From the NCBI GenBank assembly GCA_002189035.1, contig NEEC01000002.1:2356001-2420000 (forward strand): a DNA stretch of 64,000 nucleotides, read 5' to 3'. This document shows positions 25,101 to 36,151 of the stretch, one piece after another (position 1 is the first letter of the stretch; every line of letters starts with the position of its first letter). The notes under the pieces were generated by a model that worked only from the letters and a program-made list of their open reading frames with translations, ran no database searches and was not told the origin of the DNA. Made by a program: the position numbers and the translations under genes. This DNA is from Utricularia gibba (lineage: Eukaryota > Plantae > Magnoliophyta).

Positions 25101-28030
25101 TAACCGAGATCCATGTTACTGTCTTGCAGCCTGGAACTTACCTGAACCAAAAGGAAAAACACATCAAGTACCGTGACTTTGTCCACAAGGAACTCATTCT
25201 TTTTTCAATTGCAGATCTTCAGAGGTCGATCCCATCTATGGTGGATGGATTGAAACCTGGTCAACGGAAGATACTCTTCTGCTCATTTAAAAGAAATTTC
25301 ATTAAGGAAGCAAAAGTTGCACAGTTCTCTGGTTATGTGTCGGAGCATTCAGCTTATCATCATGGAGAGCAAAGCTTGGCTGGCACTATAATAGGCATGG
25401 CACAAGATTTTGTTGGCAGCAACAACATAAACCTTCTCTTGCCAAATGGTCAGTTTGGTACAAGGGACCAGGTGAGAATTAAAGATATGCTAAACTTCAG
25501 CACCTACTTTTCATCATTTTCATTGAATGAATGTGGATTTTCATGGGATATCAGGGGGGTAAAGACCATGCCAGTGCTAGGTATATCTACACACAGCTTG
25601 CTCCTATTACACGATTCTTGTTTCCAAAGGCAGATGATATTCTCCTTGACTACTTGAATGAAGATGGTCAATCGATTGAACCTACATGGTAAGTTTTCCT
25701 CTTGGGGATTGGATAAACAAGAGTTGCTTGTATTTTTCGTACTTGACACCACAGGGGACTACAGGTACATGCCTATTATACCCTTGGTTCTTGTGAATGG
25801 AAGTGAAGGAATTGGAACAGGATGGAGTACCTTTATACCAAACTACGACCCCAGAGACATCATCGCCAATGTGAGGAAACTGCTTGATGGTGAAATGATG
25901 AATCCTATGCACCCATGGTATAGAGGATTTAGAGGTACCATAGAGAAAAATACATCCAAGGAAGCAGGGAGCTATACTGTGTGTGGAATTATTGAGGAAG
26001 AAGATGAGACGACTTTAAGAATAACAGAGCTTCCAATTCGAAGGTGGACACAGGATTACAAGGAATTTTTGGAGTCCGTTTCATTTGAAAATGACAAAAG
26101 TAAAGATCCTTTCATCGAGGTAACCTTTTGCTTCTTTGTGATTTCAGAATAGTATGGTGCCGGAATCTGAGATCGAGATTATTTTTTCAGGGTGCAGTGA
26201 TTACAGCTCTCCTCATTTTCCACATTTCATGGTTTATATGTCTTCCGAGAAACTATTGGCTGCCAAACAAGAGGGCATGTTGAAGAAGTTTAAGCTAACA
26301 ACTACTATAGGCACAACGAACATGCACCTATTTGACTCTAAGGGTGTGATCAAGAAATATGACACACCGGAACAGAGTACGTCAACTTAACGCAGTTGTT
26401 TGTGCCTTTTTTTGTTTTTTTTAAAGTAATTATTTGAGCATATTTGCTGTTATGCGCAGTTCTTGAGGAATTTTTCCATATCAGGCTTGAATACTACGAG
26501 AAAAGAAAGGTAGGTATTTTAGTTTTGATGCTGGTGAATTGCACGTGTTCCTCATGACGTAAACCCAATATTTCATTCTTGCAGAAAGCTGTGTTGGCCA
26601 GTCTTGAATTGGACCTTATAAAATGCGAAAACAAGTACAGGTTCATCAAATGTGTAGTGGAAGGTAGCATTATTGTCAGTAACAGGAGAAGGGCCGATTT
26701 GTTCCTTGAGTTGAAAGAAAAAGGTTTTACTCCACTATCAAAGAAGAAGGCAGCTGCTGAATTGGACTCATCGGACGATGCAGAAGAACATGAAGGCAAT
26801 GGAGAGTCGGCAAGCGATTTTGATTACTTGCTGGCTCTGGCGATTGGTACCTTAACATTCGAAAGGATGCAGGCTTTACGAACCGAGAGAGACAAGCTTC
26901 TGCAAGAATTTGAAGACTTGAAAAGGGCATCAGCGAAGTCATTGTGGAAGAAAGATCTGGATGCTCTAGAAGAGAAACTTAAGGTAAGTTTGAAAACTGA
27001 ACTTGTGCATTGTAGATGATGCTTTGTCCTGTAACCCGAGCACTGAACTCAGGAACTGGAGAAGGATGACCAAGATAAGGAGAAGAATAGATCAAAAATG
27101 GTTGGTGCAAAGGTATCAAAACCAGTGTTGAAGATCCCACGAAAGAATAACAAGGCAAATAAAGTACCAGTTAGTGACAAACCCGAATCCGCAGGTAATA
27201 TTGGTGTTGGAGCAGATTGGTTTTTTCCTTTTTTTGTGCGAGTGTAATGAATGAGCATTTGAATCATTGCAGCAAATGATGGTGAATTTAAGAAACCAAA
27301 AGGCGAACCACCCGCTAAACGAAAAGCTCCTGCCTCTAAGGTTTGGAATACTCTCGTGCTTTTTGCATTAACTTGAGGGGTTTTTCCTTGAAACGAGTTC
27401 TTTCTTTGCACAGGCTGCAGCTCCTGTCGATGATGATGAAATTTCTGAGCTCAGACAGAGGATCGCATCATACAATTTTGACTCGTCTCCTGATGGAACA
27501 GAAGGTAAAATTGCAGAAACCTGTGTCTTATTTAAGACGAGACCAAAATGAACCAAGTGAATCTTATTTCAGAGAATCAAACGATGAACAAGGAGCTCGC
27601 TGGTGCAGCCCATATCGAGATCCTTGATGACGATGATGATTTTGAGCCACCACAAGAAAAGAAAAAAAAGGCAGCTGCCAAAAGAGTAGCTGCAGCCAAA
27701 CCCCCAGTTGGAACGAAGAAGCGAGGAACAGTTAGCAGTCAATCCCAGCTGGTAGGCCAGAGACTGATAACCCAAGTCTTGCAGGTTGAAAATCCTCAAG
27801 GAAGGATTGCAAGGAAGCTGAGCAGCAACTTAACTTCTGAGGAAGAGGATACTTCTTCAGACAACAGTACCACGGATGCTGGCGGCGTAAAAGATTCGGT
27901 TCCTGCTGTCAGACCCCAGAGAGCTAGAAGCCAGAGGACGTATACCATAAGCGACGATTCAGAAACTGAACCGTCGGACAAAGACAGTGATGCTGCTGAT
28001 GACTCTGACTTCTCTGAGGATGATGATTGA
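22185..28030 (+). CDS. TOP2: DNA topoisomerase II, about 19 exons; one probable 1-nt deficit at the acceptor at 26190
   Basis: GHKL motifs (EHILLRPDTYIGS, FDEILVNAADN, GGRNGYGAKL), TOPRIM (LILTEGDSAK, PLRGKLLNV, MTDQDHDGSHIKGL, YYKGLGTS), DGLKPGQRK, catalytic ASARY, and an acidic/basic C-terminal tail. Confidence 0.97.
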
Positions 28031-28195
28031 CACTGCTCTCTAACTTCTCTTCCCAGTCATTTCTTGTTGACTGAACATCATCTTTGATCGCTTGGGCAAC
28101 TAATTGTTTACTGAAGATGGTTCAAGTGCTTCATTTACAACATTAAAGCAACGCCTGTATGTGTAGATTCTAGTTGGGATTGAGCTCTAATACTG

Positions 28196-31100
28196 CTATA
28201 ATTTCACAAGGTTTCTCCTAGTTGCTTCCATTTTCATTAACAGATCCTTGATATCAGTTTGCATCCTCATTTTCATGTTGAAGTATTCTTGATAGGCTCG
28301 TTCAAGGACCTGCAACTCTTCCACCTTCTGTTTCCGGATGTCCTCAGCTTCAGGCAATCGAAGACGGTTGATTCTGCTACTGTATTCTTCCTCAATCCTG
28401 CTGTTTTTTGAAGCTGCAATGCGCCTCAGAGCCTCAGACTCCCTTCTCGCATCATCAGCACGAGCTTGGAACATATTGGCCTCCGCCAGTTTGATTCTGA
28501 CAAGACTCTCCAGTTCATCAAATGGTAGGTCCTCTTTCTCCACATTCTTCATGATATCTTCCATGCCAACATGTTTACCATTACGGTTATTTATTTCATA
28601 ACCAGGAAGTGAATTCACAGAGCGTTCCAAGTTCAGGGGTTTATCCTGATAAACAACAGCATTCAACCATGCCTTCCCCTGGCTCGAGCTGGGATTGATG
28701 CTTTGTTGGATCTTCACAGGTAACTCGTTTATGGGTTCAATCGCCACGTTGTTGGGCTCATCTGATTTCGTTTCTGAACAAAGCAGACAAAGAAGACGAA
28801 AGAATTAAAAATTGAGGATTCGGTAATCAGAGCTTACCTACTCTAGGCTAATGCAAAAATTTTAACAGGGGAAAGACTTGTTCAAAGCGCAGTTGTGACT
28901 TGCCAGAATACTGAAAAAGAAGAATCTAGTAACTCCAGTATTACCAGTGAGGAACTTGATGATCATATTCCGAACATCAGAGAGCGGAGTTCTATTGATG
29001 ATTCTGGATTTCATCTGTGCAGCAAGTTCATGCAGCTGCTTTCCTCTTGCATCCTCACTGTTGCGGAAAATTCTTCTAACGAATTCAAGTTCCCGGGAAA
29101 GGGTTTCTGAAGTCCATTCATTTAAAAAGCTCAGGAAAACTTCCTTCACAAAACCAAACATCTCGGAAGGGTGGCCGCAGGCAACACAAAAGAACTGGAC
29201 TGTTCCTACAGCTCCCTTGACACCACGGCCAACTCTGATGTAAGATTCTCTTAATCCACAATCAGCATGACACCAATGGAGGCATACATCACATCCAACC
29301 CAACTGCATGTGTTCGCCGCATTATCGAACTTTGAACACACCAGACACATGCACTCACGGCAGAAGTCACTCCGGTGTGTGCATATTTTACAATCACATT
29401 CATCCACAAGCAAAAGGCTCTTGCACTTGAGATTTCTGCATCTCATATTCAGATATATTTCAGCCAACTCAGATGAAGGGATGCTGGTCTTTTTGTGAAT
29501 AAATTCTCTAAGACCAGTTTTCAGGGCCACCATGATTTCCAATTGAGTACGATGGGCATTAAGCAACAAATCCAAGGATGTATCCTGTCTCTTCAACAAT
29601 GTTGCTTGCAAAGAACTCAGCTGCCATTGCTTCACTGGATTAGACATTATTTCATGGATGAATTCTTTCAGAGTTGCTAATTGTTCTGGACTCATATAAT
29701 TAAACTTCTGAGATGTGCTTAGTGGTTCGGATACTATCATCGAAACAGTGGTCTCTGCAAAGTCGGATCCAGCCATCTGGGCTGCCATTTTTCCATCATT
29801 GCATCTTCGTGAATTACTTGTTTCCTTCTCCATCACCATTCTCCTCCTTTCCTTGGAGTATTCAAGTCCATTTTCATAAGAACCAAAGTATTGGACACCT
29901 GGTAAATGCCTGGTAAAATCAATCCTGCTATCAAATGAAATCTGTTGTTTCGAGCTCTTCCCCGCACCCTTAGTAGCCTGCACTACAGCTTCTCCATTGG
30001 CATCGCCTTTAAAAAAATGTGATTGTTGGTACCAGCCATTTTCTTCTGACCGGTTTTTCAGGTACGATTGAAAGTCTATGTTTTTATTCTCATCTGAAGA
30101 CAAAGCCTTCCAATCCACATTCTGAAACAACGGTCTGCTTTTGACAGATTGCTCATTGTCTGGTACGTTGTGAGTCAGAGAGCAACTAGGATTATAGGTG
30201 AAATTTTGAGTACCAGAAAATGACATTGAAGCTGTTAGTCCATCAGAAAACGTTTGGCAAGTGCTAGCAACTGAGTGAACACTTCTAGTTTTGCTAGGCG
30301 AAGGAGGTGCTGTCCCTCTATTTTGGGATCCTATGGGAAACAGAACATTTGGTAGGCTAAGAGAGAGTTCAAGGGCCAATTTATCATCCTTAGAATTTGC
30401 TAAATGCTCATCATTCTCCATCTTCTTTATTGGATCATTAGAGAAGAACTGGAAACCCCTGCAACTTGGCCCCCCTATCTCAATGTCCCTGCTAACAAAA
30501 TGATCCTTTGTCTTGTTCTCCAACTCCATATTATTTTCTGAAAGCTGAACACATTCAGACGGTGGTAAAGCAATGCTCTTCCCTTGTCAGTCTCTGCAGA
30601 AGAAAGTTCGGCACTTGCTATTTCATCATCTTTACTTTCCAAGACTTGTGCATCATCTTTCACTTGGTCGCTAATCCCCTCGTCATCATTTTGCTCAGGT
30701 GCATCATCATGAACTTTCATCGTGCCTTCCATCAAGCTGCCATCATATCCACTGTCCATGACATTGTTGCAACTCTCGTTTTCTATGCTAAAAGAATCTT
30801 CCTTTCTATCCCAACTGTTTCCTCCATGGCACCTGCAGCATCCTCAAGCCTTGCATTTCGTGCTAGATTGACATCTTCATTCTTGACAGGCAATGTGCTT
30901 GGCATGTCCTGTGAAACCTTAACATCAACACTGACTCTTTTGTCAGAAGAGTTTACACCAGTGACAGTATCTGTCAATCTAACATGAAGCTGATGAACAG
31001 GATCCAGTTCACCTTCTTCACGTTCACTGCAGGTGGCACTGCTTTCAATCAGCATACCCTCGAAGTTCTTACCATCAACACTCTTTGAGACCTCACTTCC

Positions 31101-31721
31101 AGAATCCTTAGACAGTGCAGGACATTTGGCATCTCCAGAATCCAGGGAGCTCACTGAATCCTTCACCATGCCCACCTTCTTTGATTCTGTTCTATTCATC
31201 CCAGCAGACTCTGCACTACCCCAACTCCGATCATCACCATCCTTCCAATCTCCAAATCTCCTAGATAATGCACCAGGGCCCTCTCTCTTTGGCCTATCTC
31301 TCTCAGGCCTAAACCCCTTTGAAAACTCCCTTCTAGGCCCAGAAATGGTCTGTGATCGATGCAAGTGATTTTCCACGTATCCTGTTCTTGGAGAAGAGCA
31401 CAAAATTCCCCTCTCACTCCCTTCTCTTTGCCGATCATACCCTCTTCTCCTATCATATCTCTCCGAGTCATAATCTGAGCGTCTCTTGTCCATTCTTGAG
31501 CCCCCTTTTTCGTCCTCCTGCGTATCATACCGAGATGCAGAAGAAGAAAAAAGCTTTCTCCCACTGTCAGATGACTTGTAATAAGAACTGCTCCTACGGA
31601 AAGAAGAAGATATCGATGAGCGCTGTGAACCAGTTTCCTCATCTCTTCTTCCAGAATTCTTCCTCTCTCCGTACGAGAGTATAACATCGTCATCATCATC
31701 ATCAGATCTCAACCTCTTCAT
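28196..31721 (-). CDS. OBE4: OBERON4/TITANIA2 PHD-finger protein; 2 coding exons (intron 28774-28944); two apparent 1-nt deletions
   Basis: MKRLRSDD start, LELSLSLPNVL motif, OBERON PHD (CRNLKC...CDCKIC...FCRECMCLVCSKFD...WVGCDVCLHWCHADC...CVACGHPSEMFGFVKEVF), and C-terminal coiled coil (ELESLVRIKLAEANMFQARADDARRE). Confidence 0.92.
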
Positions 31722-32929
31722 AATTTAACAAAATTAAAATCTGCAACCAGCGAGCAAACGCAACCCGATTTAACCCAGAAAAGCAAGCAAACCAATCCAG
31801 GTTAGAGGCCCTGAAACGGAACGCAAAGGCAATCAGCAAATCAAAACAAGCACAAAGATGCGATCATTAACCATAAAAGAGCACCACATTCATCAATCCT
31901 GACAACTATGCAACAACCCGTCTCGCGTCAAATCAGCCAAAGACTGAATCAACAAAAAAGCATCCACAAAAACGCAGAAGAACCTGAAAATGAACAAGCT
32001 TCACGTTCGACCAACAGGAAGCTAAGGCAACGGAGAGCCCATTTAGTGCCCCTGAGCGGAAGCAAGCTATGGATGTTGAATAGAGTCCGGTGAGGGCATT
32101 CAACGGCGCGATAATGGTTGTGGGGTTAGGAGGTGGAAAAAGGGGGAAACTGCATACGCAAAGTACCAGTCAACCTGGTAATTTGGTCAACCGAGCTTTG
32201 AAAACACAACCGTCTCCCCTGCCCTTCTTTTCCACCTCTACGACGCTACTGCATACCGTAGCTTGATCCTTCATTTTAGAACAGAGGCTCATCAAAGTCA
32301 TAGATCATGCGCCTTGAAGTCAATCATGCGAAGCCCTTTTACTTAACCTTCAAGAGAAACTCCATTTCACTTTTCTCTCGAAGCCCACTTTGCCGAGTGC
32401 TTTGTCGGAATGTGGGGCTCATCTTGTTCATTTTGTGGGCCGACTAGCACTCGGGTTCTGTATTCACTGGGCTCTCTTTGGAGGCGTTCTTGCGTGTAAC
32501 TGTATTGGGGAACAGTCTTGATCTGCTCCCAGTGCGATGGCTCATGGCTGCGCTGCTATTGGTTCGTTGTCAAACCGAATCCAGGCGACGCCGATCAGAA
32601 GTTTTGGGCTTCCTTGTTCGCATCAACAATGGATCGGAAAGACAGCGAGCGTTTTCCTCTCTTCTGCGGCAGGTTTGTGCTGCTGGAAGCTGCTTTCCGG
32701 TGGGATTGCAGGTGTTTGAATCAACATAAAATCTTATCAGTGAGAAAAAACTGATCAGACGGTTGTGTGATTTGGGTGCTCTCTGGTAGGATTCCTATAC
32801 TCATTGTCAAAAATCTGTCTTTGGGTTTCCTTTTTTTAGCCCCAAATTCACAGAGTTTCAGCCAAGTGTCGAAATGTTATATGTTCTTGATAGGATTTCT
32901 TGACAGGAAGTGAAGATGATACAGTGATC

Positions 32930-33838
32930 TCATTTTTCTACAGAACAAGTGCCATCCAAAAGTCTGAGAAGCTCACGGGCCTTGTTTTTCCCTCTGGCGC
33001 TACCGTTCTCTGAAACATCAACGACGCTGCAGTAGACTCCAACCTGCATTCTACCTCTCAAATCATTTGCAGCTTGCTTTCCTCCAAACTGAATCAGATT
33101 CAGCAATGCAGAAACCGCGTTTTCCTTCGTTCTGGGGCTTGATCCCGCAGCACTGTCCAAGAAATCCATCAAGACCTCAACCCCATATGTCTTGTTGAAC
33201 ACCTCCCAGCTCTTTTCACACCCTGCTATCTGAGCTATAACCGCAGAGACATCCTCAATCAGCCCAGATCTTCCAATGTTGATCATCAAGGAGAAAAGGG
33301 CTTGAACTGCTCCCAGCTCCACCATCTGCGCCCTGTTCGACGGGTAAAGTGCTATCCCAAAAAGGGCACACACAGCATCTTTGATGGATCTGGGTGCAGA
33401 TTTCTTGTTCTTTACGATCTCCAGGAGCCCGAAGACGATGTCCCTTTTATCGCCGATGATGCGGCGGAAGGGTTCGGAGCTGAGCAGACTGAATATTGTG
33501 GCGGCGGCGCACTGGGCGACGGTCGGCGAGGCTGGATTGCGGAGGGCGTGGGAGAGGGCGTCGAGAGCACCGTGGGACCACATGACATGATCCTTGGATG
33601 CGATGGAGAGATTCAGCAGGGTAGCGGTGGCGTTCTCTTGCATCAGGGGAGATGAAGAGTATAGGGATTCCGCGATCAAGGGAACCGCGTTGGCGTCGAC
33701 GATCAACTGGCGGCTTTCTGCGTCATCCTTGGACAGCTGCCGGAGTTGGCAAAGTCCATCCCTCTGTGTTTTCTCCGACACGGAGGCGAGATTCGAGACC
33801 AGTGCTTTTACAGCTCCCCGTTTGGCAGCAACGTCCAT
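32930..33838 (-). CDS. Intronless ARM-repeat protein (PUB-like armadillo repeats without a U-box; At1g08315-type)
   Basis: Motifs LRQLSKDD..SR.LI..A.AVP, QENATATLLNLS, IGDKRDI, RSIKDA..ALF.IALYP.NR, KENAVSALLNL and ENGSARGK.KA..LL. First ATG in the ORF is 33838. Confidence 0.88.
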   Translation of the reverse strand: MDVAAKRGAVKALVSNLASVSEKTQRDGLCQLRQLSKDDAESRQLIVDANAVPLIAESLYSSSPLMQENATATLLNLSIASKDHVMWSHGALDALSHALRNPASPTVAQCAAATIFSLLSSEPFRRIIGDKRDIVFGLLEIVKNKKSAPRSIKDAVCALFGIALYPSNRAQMVELGAVQALFSLMINIGRSGLIEDVSAVIAQIAGCEKSWEVFNKTYGVEVLMDFLDSAAGSSPRTKENAVSALLNLIQFGGKQAANDLRGRMQVGVYCSVVDVSENGSARGKNKARELLRLLDGTCSVEK

Positions 33839-34057
33839 CGCCAATGCAGTAGCAGCCCACGAAATGTCTTCGGTTTTGACGATCAAAACCGATATGTTGA
33901 ACAGTTTTGCAGTGTGAATGTGCAGAGATTCTTCTTGAAAGAGTCCTTCATCCTACCTTCTCCCGTCAACAACTTCCACAATGTCAACTTGGAAAAGCCA
34001 CCAACCACATCCTCAGTATCTTATCAGCCATTGGGTTCAGTCTGGTGGCTCTTTGGG

Positions 34058-35071
34058 TCACTTGGTTTGGTTTATGTCAAGGAGCCCAGTCCATGATAAG
34101 TATATGGCTGCACCAACACAATATGACCTGCGGGAAAAGAACTACAACAGATCACGTGCCCAAAGGAGCAGCAAAGAAGGAGACAGTGTCTATTAGGAGG
34201 AAGACTTACCACCTTCCAGCTGAATCTACAAAGAATATCGTTAATCATCACCCCTAGAAGCATAGAAGACTCCCTCTTTCGTAAGAAGAGTTAGTTTTTG
34301 ATCTCTTAGAATCCAGCTTGGCTCCGAGGAAGAATCAGACCCATCATCCTACTTTCCAGGGGATTTGGCGAAAGTTCTTGTTTATCCGTTCCAAGAGTTA
34401 TGAGCACCACAGTTGAGCAGTTGGTAGCCTCTGGATTGTTCGATCGGACCCGGTTTAGTACCTTGTTGGAAACTCGATATCACGTTGAGCCCTGTGTTAA
34501 CCCGCTGTCGGCCGCCGCAGCCATCTCCAAGGAAACTCTGCTGTGGATGAGAAAGCTCTCTTGCGTTGGTGTACGTTCTTACCGGGGTATCGTTGGGACC
34601 ACCATGATCGGGACGTTGTAGCAGGTCTCGAATCCCCCGAGGGAAGGACACTGGCGCAGTCACCGATCCGCCGACGGAGTTCGTTTCTTCCTAACCGCCG
34701 CGTACGCCGATTTCCACCATCGTAGTGAGTACCGTCCCAGTTTTCAACAACGAGCATGAAAAATTGAAATCGTACGCCACACCTCGGGTGTTAATCGGCG
34801 TCAATTATCACTGGAATCGAAGACGGTTCCGGCACTGGAGACCGGATCGAAGGCGAAAACGCTTAGACGAACATTCACTACTTCCTCCAACCCCGACTCC
34901 GACGAGATTGACGTACAGTCAGGATCTCCTCGGATTCCTCCGCAAACCACACTCCCTAATATTCCTGCTTCTCTTCTCACGAGTGCTCCACAGGCCCGCC
35001 GGCCACTTCCCTGAGGCCTGAGCGACGGGATGGACTCGGGCCTTCGCCCTGCTCTCTTGATTCTGGTCCAT
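34058..35071 (-). other. Unidentified spliced unit upstream of the ARM gene (uORF-rich leader, small gene or decayed gene)
   Basis: GT-AG segments on the minus strand at 34916-34835, 34582-34492, 34461-34377, 34352-34226, 34209-34128 and 33956-33868 (82-127 nt). A spliced ORF runs from ATG 34757 to TGA 34060-34058. TATA box at 35124-35131. No family recognised. Confidence 0.4.
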
Positions 35072-36151
35072 TATAACCCAACAAAAACCACCTGCCTGCG
35101 AATCCCTGTCAAGAAAGCCCATCTATATATAGATTTTCCAAATACTTTGGGCTTAGCCACGGCCCAATTCAATATGGCCCACCCTCGCCTGCTATGCTCT
35201 ATCATCCCCTGTTTCAAATGACTAAAAAAAAAATCACGAATCAATTCCACGAAATAAAAAAAACATTTTTTCTAATTACAATTTTTAAATAAATTTATTT
35301 AAATAGAAAAATACTCCTCCCATTCTTGTATTTATTGGATTGGATTCCCCATGCCATGCAGAAAAGCAGCAGGAGTGACAACCGCAACTGGTCGCATGGG
35401 CGGAGTGCAACGCCAGCTGTCGGGAACTGAACTTAACCCAACCATCCTTAGTCAACCAGCGCACTCACTAACCCAACCATGGTTACTTAATTTCCTAAAG
35501 GAAATTAAATAAATCCCATCATATAAAATCTCGCAATAAAATAATAACAAAAAAAGCAAATTGGATTATGGCGTGTCATCTAAGGACCATGAGAGTACAA
35601 TTTATTATTTGTTTTTTCCAAAAAAAATACCCCACTACTCTTAGCTCGTCAGCCTTGATCATTAGCAGCTAATTATTTAAAATATTTGATTCCTGGAGTA
35701 ATTTTATTCGGATTCTCTACTTATTAAACTAATGGATTAATAAATGTCAACACTATTAATGCCATCATTAATGGTTCCTAAAATAGTTAGGCTTTATATT
35801 ATAATATAAGCTAGCAATGTCACACTATACACTCCATGTTCAGAAAAATGTGCCCTTTCGGTATAGAGCAACGTGACCTATTAGGTACATACATCTTTTT
35901 TTAAAAAAAATGTATGGTAATTATAATGTGTAATTTTAATCTTATAATGACATTTAAATTGAATTTTATGATATAAATAAATGCAAATTGAATTATTTAT
36001 TTATTATTTTCACTGTAATTCCGATATTTGTACTTGCAGAACTCTGTGTGTCATTCACCAAATCGCTTCTTCTCAGGCGTCTCTCTCTGTGCTGGCGATC
36101 TTGTTAAACTACTTCGCTTCACCTGCAATTCTCTCCATTTCCTCATCGGCG

